Part shown: piece by piece, positions 37,942 through 41,135 of the stretch
How positions within the stretch are numbered: the stretch's first letter is position 1
How the letters are laid out: every line of letters begins with the position of its first letter
Source: a virus
Strand: one strand, 5' to 3'
DNA: 41,135 bases
UHGV virus genome: UHGV-0094207
Notes under the pieces: generated by a model
What the model saw: the letters and a program-made list of their open reading frames with translations, nothing else
The model's database searches: none
Told to the model about the DNA's origin: nothing
Program-made: the position numbers and the translations under genes

Positions 37942-38178
37942 ATGAAAAATATAATTATTCCAGTTATTGCCTGTCTGGTGCTTTCAGCATGTTCAGGACC
38001 TGTTCTGGAGAAACAGAAACCTGTTTGTCAGGCTGAGTTAGTGGTTGGTGGGCTGCCCCAGTCAGTGCAGATTTACGGTGTACGAAAAGTTGCAAATCAG
38101 ACTGAGTACAGAGCCGGTTATCCATTTAACTGGCGATGGGTGAATAAAAATAACTTCACCCGTTCGAATTGCTCTTAA
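37942..38178 (+). CDS. Small lipoprotein, candidate Cor-like superinfection-exclusion protein
   Basis: 78 aa; signal peptide with lipobox 'LVLSAC'; AT-rich upstream spacer; terminator directly after; position between J and the tail fibre. Confidence 0.4.
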   Translation: MKNIIIPVIACLVLSACSGPVLEKQKPVCQAELVVGGLPQSVQIYGVRKVANQTEYRAGYPFNWRWVNKNNFTRSNCS

Positions 38179-38196
38179 TGCCTTACCAAAAAACAA

Positions 38197-38217
38197 CCCG
38201 CTCCGGCGGGTTTTTTA
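38197..38217 (+). terminator. Rho-independent terminator
   Basis: cccgc-tccg-gcggg hairpin followed by tttttt. Confidence 0.7.
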
Positions 38218-38240
38218 TTATCTGAATTCAGGAGATATCC

Positions 38241-39335
38241 ATGTCAGCAGGAACCTTAACCCTGACGAATAACTCTGCTGCGGTCGCTGGCAGCGGGACC
38301 GCGTTTACCACCGAGGTGGCAGCCGGAGATTTTATTGTTGTTACTGTCGGTGGCATTCCCTACACGCTCCCGGTTAAATCTGTGGAAAGTGGTACAGCGT
38401 TGACGCTGGTCAGTAACTTTACCGGGCCAACACAATCTGGCGCGGCCTGGTCAGCTGTTCCTCGTGTGGCGCTGAATATGGTCACCGCGGCGCTGGTGGC
38501 GCAAAGTGCTGAAGCGCTGCGAGGCCTGAATTACGACAAACAGAACTGGCAGCAGGTTTACAGTGGTGCTGGCAGCATCACCGTGAAGTTACCGGATGGC
38601 ACTACATTCACCGGGCCGTCATGGAAATATCTTTCTGACAACCTCGCGGATAAAGTAGACAGCAAAGATCCCCAACTAGGTACTGTGAATGGGAAAACAG
38701 GCGGAACCATTTCCACCCCAGTTTATAGCGTTGGAGCTAGTGGGGTAGTAACTCAGGACTCAAGTTATGGTGAGTGGTCATTTCTTTATCCATCCACTTT
38801 AAAAAAGATGGCCTACGGATTTTGTGAGAATTTTGGTGATCTGGTTTTTGTAACTACCGTTGCAACAAATACCGGGACAGAAAAATATTTTGCTATGCGT
38901 CAGAACGGTAATTTCAATACACAAGGAAATATTACCTGCGTCTCGCTGACCCAGACTTCAGATGCCGATAAAAAAAACGACATAAAACCCATTGAAGACG
39001 CACTTGGTAAAGTGATGGCTCTAAACGGTGTAACCTTCAACTGGAAGGACAGCGGCCTGCCATCTTCCGGTGTGATTGCCCAGGAGCTTATAAAAGTCCT
39101 GCCGGAGGCTGTCGGATCAGTCTTTGAAGATCATGATCAGTATGAGTCTGTTGAAGAAATCAATGCGGGCGGCGAGACGACAATCACCCGTCATCTTGTT
39201 AAAAAACGAGATGACAGCAAGCGTAGCTATACGGTGGAATATTCTGGCGTCGTTGCACTCTGTCTTCAGGCAATAAAAGAATTGAATGAAAAAGTTGACA
39301 GTTTGCTGGAACAGTCATCTGCCGTTAAAAATTGA
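38241..39335 (+). CDS. Tail fibre protein with C-terminal S74-type intramolecular chaperone domain
   Basis: 364 aa; N-terminal 'MSAGTLTLTNNSAAVAGSGTAFTT' fibre-type start; C-terminal 'DIKPIEDALGKVMALNGVTFNWKD' chaperone-like segment; GC drops in the distal half. Confidence 0.65.
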   Translation: MSAGTLTLTNNSAAVAGSGTAFTTEVAAGDFIVVTVGGIPYTLPVKSVESGTALTLVSNFTGPTQSGAAWSAVPRVALNMVTAALVAQSAEALRGLNYDKQNWQQVYSGAGSITVKLPDGTTFTGPSWKYLSDNLADKVDSKDPQLGTVNGKTGGTISTPVYSVGASGVVTQDSSYGEWSFLYPSTLKKMAYGFCENFGDLVFVTTVATNTGTEKYFAMRQNGNFNTQGNITCVSLTQTSDADKKNDIKPIEDALGKVMALNGVTFNWKDSGLPSSGVIAQELIKVLPEAVGSVFEDHDQYESVEEINAGGETTITRHLVKKRDDSKRSYTVEYSGVVALCLQAIKELNEKVDSLLEQSSAVKN

Positions 39336-39463
39336 TAGTTGCCGCAACCACACCGTATGCAAGAGCATGATTGCGGCCGACTGGCGAACGTTCGATAGTG
39401 CGAGTATTGAATGATTGCCAGTCACGGCGGATTGTACTTAAGCAATATGACGGTTCAAGGCGT

Positions 39464-39706
39464 TTAATCTGAAACCAGCCACATATCAGCCTCTTCAAAC
39501 ATTTCCTGAACAGTACGGCTTATCTGCTCCTTCTCATGCTTGCTGGCGTCAGTGTTGATCGCTGGCAGTGTCATCATCGGTTTAACCCGGACATCAGCAT
39601 CGGGGAAGATCCGGTGAACCCTCCTGGTCAATTCGCCCAGAATGATATCTTTTGCACGGGGCAGACCATCAAAATTCCTTTTGTCATAAACGAGTTCCAC
39701 GAACAT
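39464..39706 (-). CDS. dinI: DinI-family DNA-damage-inducible protein
   Basis: 80 aa; 'GELTRRVHRIFPD' and 'EKEQISRTVQEMFEEADMWLVSD' align with DinI as recalled. Confidence 0.8.
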   Translation of the reverse strand: MFVELVYDKRNFDGLPRAKDIILGELTRRVHRIFPDADVRVKPMMTLPAINTDASKHEKEQISRTVQEMFEEADMWLVSD

Positions 39707-39721
39707 TGCTTATTGCCTCTT

Positions 39722-39770
39722 TACTGGATGGATATACAGTATTTATACTGTGTTTTTATGCGGTATTCAA
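39722..39770 (-). promoter_or_regulatory. SOS promoter with LexA box upstream of dinI
   Basis: On the minus strand: TTGAAT (39765-39770), 17 nt, TATAAA (39742-39747), then TACTGTATATCCATCCAGTA (39722-39741), i.e. CTGT-N8-CCAG. Confidence 0.55.
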
Positions 39771-39781
39771 GAGAGGGCGTG

Positions 39782-40024
39782 ATGATGCCACGACGCAGCG
39801 ATATTGAAATAGCCTGGTATGCTTCGATACAGCAGGAACCAAATGGCCGGAAGACCGTCACCACGCAACGGTTTGTCCAGGAACTGAGCAAGGTTAACTG
39901 GAACTGGACAATGAAGCAGGCCAACGAATGGATCGAGTGGTATGTGACAACCTTCCGCGATGTATCAACGCAGGAAGGGGAGAACCGTACCTTTCAGCTG
40001 TTCAATCCAAACGGAGGACTATAG
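39782..40024 (+). CDS. Hypothetical protein, first gene of the divergent SOS operon
   Basis: 81 aa; purine-rich RBS before 'MMPRRSD'; stop 2 nt before the UmuD'-like start. Confidence 0.45.
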   Translation: MMPRRSDIEIAWYASIQQEPNGRKTVTTQRFVQELSKVNWNWTMKQANEWIEWYVTTFRDVSTQEGENRTFQLFNPNGGL

Positions 40025-40026
40025 CC

Positions 40027-40416
40027 ATGGGCTTCCCTTCACCTGCCAGTGATTACGTTGAAACAAGGATCTCCCTCGATCAGCAGCTAATCAGCCAGTC
40101 CGCAGCGACTTATTTCATGCGGGCATCGCGTTCACATTTCAGGGAAGGGATAATCCAGGGGGCGCTGCTTGTTGTTGATGCGTCACTTTCTCCCTGTGAT
40201 GGCTCGCTGCTGATATGCGCGATAGACGGAGAATTCAGGATCAAGCGATATCGGACTCATCCTCAGCCCCACCTGGTTAATCTGGAGAACGGGAGAAGGG
40301 AGGCGCTGCCAGCAGATGATGACGGTTACAGTTCTGCACCCGCTATATTCGGGGTGATCACGTACATCATTAATGATGCCAGGAACGCGGAGTTTGATGA
40401 CTGCCCGGTGATGTAA
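40027..40416 (+). CDS. UmuD'-like S24-family protein lacking the N-terminal pro-segment
   Basis: Starts 'MGFPSPASDYVETRISLDQQLI', which matches UmuD directly after its Cys24-Gly25 cleavage site; conserved Lys in 'GEFRIKRY'; the Ser-region is altered ('ASRSHF'). Confidence 0.65.
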   Translation: MGFPSPASDYVETRISLDQQLISQSAATYFMRASRSHFREGIIQGALLVVDASLSPCDGSLLICAIDGEFRIKRYRTHPQPHLVNLENGRREALPADDDGYSSAPAIFGVITYIINDARNAEFDDCPVM

Positions 40417-41085
40417 TCATATTGGCTGTATTAGTTCGGAGCCCTGATGTTTCACATTCCCGACGGCACGCGTCACGGCATGCCATATAAATTTATCAGC
40501 CGGCACGGAACCGTCGGCTGCAATTTCCGCCGCTTCTTTCCCTCCAATGTCCTGCCTCATCCATTCTCGAGCAGCATCTGGTGACAGTACCAGTGGCCGC
40601 CTATCGTGAATATCTACCAGTCCTTTGTCTGCAGCAGCCGTCACTATCAGGAATCCTTCTGCTTCATCTCCACGTTCGAATGGTGTGCTGCCGATCGCCG
40701 CCATGAATATCGGCTGGCCATCGGCTCGATGAATGAAGTAGGGCTGCTTTTTGTCACCTTCCTTTTTCCATTCATACCAGCCATCAGCAAAGCAAATGGC
40801 ACGACCATGCTGCCAGAGTGGTTTGAACATTCTGCTGGTGGCCGCAGTTTCAGAGCGTGCGTTAATTAGCGGTGGTTTATCCCACCATCCGGGGGCGTAT
40901 CCCCAGATAACTGGATCAAGATGGAGTTTCTCGTCACGTTCGCTCAGAAGCAGAACTTTGGTGCCTGGCGCGACATTAAAACGTCCGATCGGTTCGGGAT
41001 CGTAAGGGATATCGCGTTCTGCTTCTTCAGTAAGCAGAGCGAGATAGTCTTCACGCGTCATTGATTGTGAAAAGCGTCCACACAT
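40417..41085 (-). CDS. yedK: SRAP-family protein (YedK-like abasic-site processing protein)
   Basis: 222 aa starting 'MCGRF' (catalytic Cys2 hallmark of SRAP/YedK); stop codon directly abuts the UmuD'-like stop. Confidence 0.8.
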   Translation of the reverse strand: MCGRFSQSMTREDYLALLTEEAERDIPYDPEPIGRFNVAPGTKVLLLSERDEKLHLDPVIWGYAPGWWDKPPLINARSETAATSRMFKPLWQHGRAICFADGWYEWKKEGDKKQPYFIHRADGQPIFMAAIGSTPFERGDEAEGFLIVTAAADKGLVDIHDRRPLVLSPDAAREWMRQDIGGKEAAEIAADGSVPADKFIWHAVTRAVGNVKHQGSELIQPI

Positions 41086-41135
41086 AGAAACCTCCCAATT
41101 TACAACATACAGAAAGTATAGAAGTTATAGGCAGC

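Noticed and set aside
39536-40024. Long 162-aa form of the first gene of the divergent SOS operon
   Set aside because: The extension would run through the dinI promoter, LexA box and the opposite-strand dinI coding sequence; the ATG at 39782 with a purine-rich RBS is more plausible.
39928-40416. Long 162-aa form of the UmuD'-like gene
   Set aside because: It overlaps the upstream ORF in another frame; the ATG at 40027 is 2 nt after the upstream stop and matches the UmuD' N-terminus.
41086-41135. LexA box upstream of the yedK-like gene
   Set aside because: The sequence near 41105-41120 has only a partial CTGT/ACAG resemblance and the promoter is truncated by the window end.

Overview
The window is almost entirely one lambdoid prophage of an enterobacterial host, about 40 kb, read here from its integrase end to its tail-fibre end. 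All calls rest on reading the six-frame translations and the DNA by eye; no searches or computations were run. Order along the window: int/xis and a minus-strand early-left operon (50-6345); a phage-borne tRNA-Arg(UCU)-like gene followed by about 0.9 kb with no convincing ORF; the immunity region (cI, divergent cro, CII-like); an O-like replication gene with internal iterons; Dam-type methyltransferase, RusA, Rha-like regulator, DUF968-like protein and Q antiterminator; a terminator-flanked moron; the lysis cassette (holin, SAR endolysin, Rz/Rz1); an antisense small gene and a glycosyltransferase operon; HNH endonuclease, terminase, portal, protease and capsid; lambda-like tail genes (G/G-T frameshift, tape measure, M, L, K, I, J) with AT-rich morons; a tail fibre; and an SOS-associated cargo block (dinI-like, UmuD'-like, yedK-like). 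No CRISPR array, rRNA or recognisable defence system was seen. The most unusual items are the late-region glycosyltransferase operon, the tRNA with an apparent 8-nt anticodon loop, the LexA-box-controlled dinI/UmuD'/SRAP module and several AT-rich morons.
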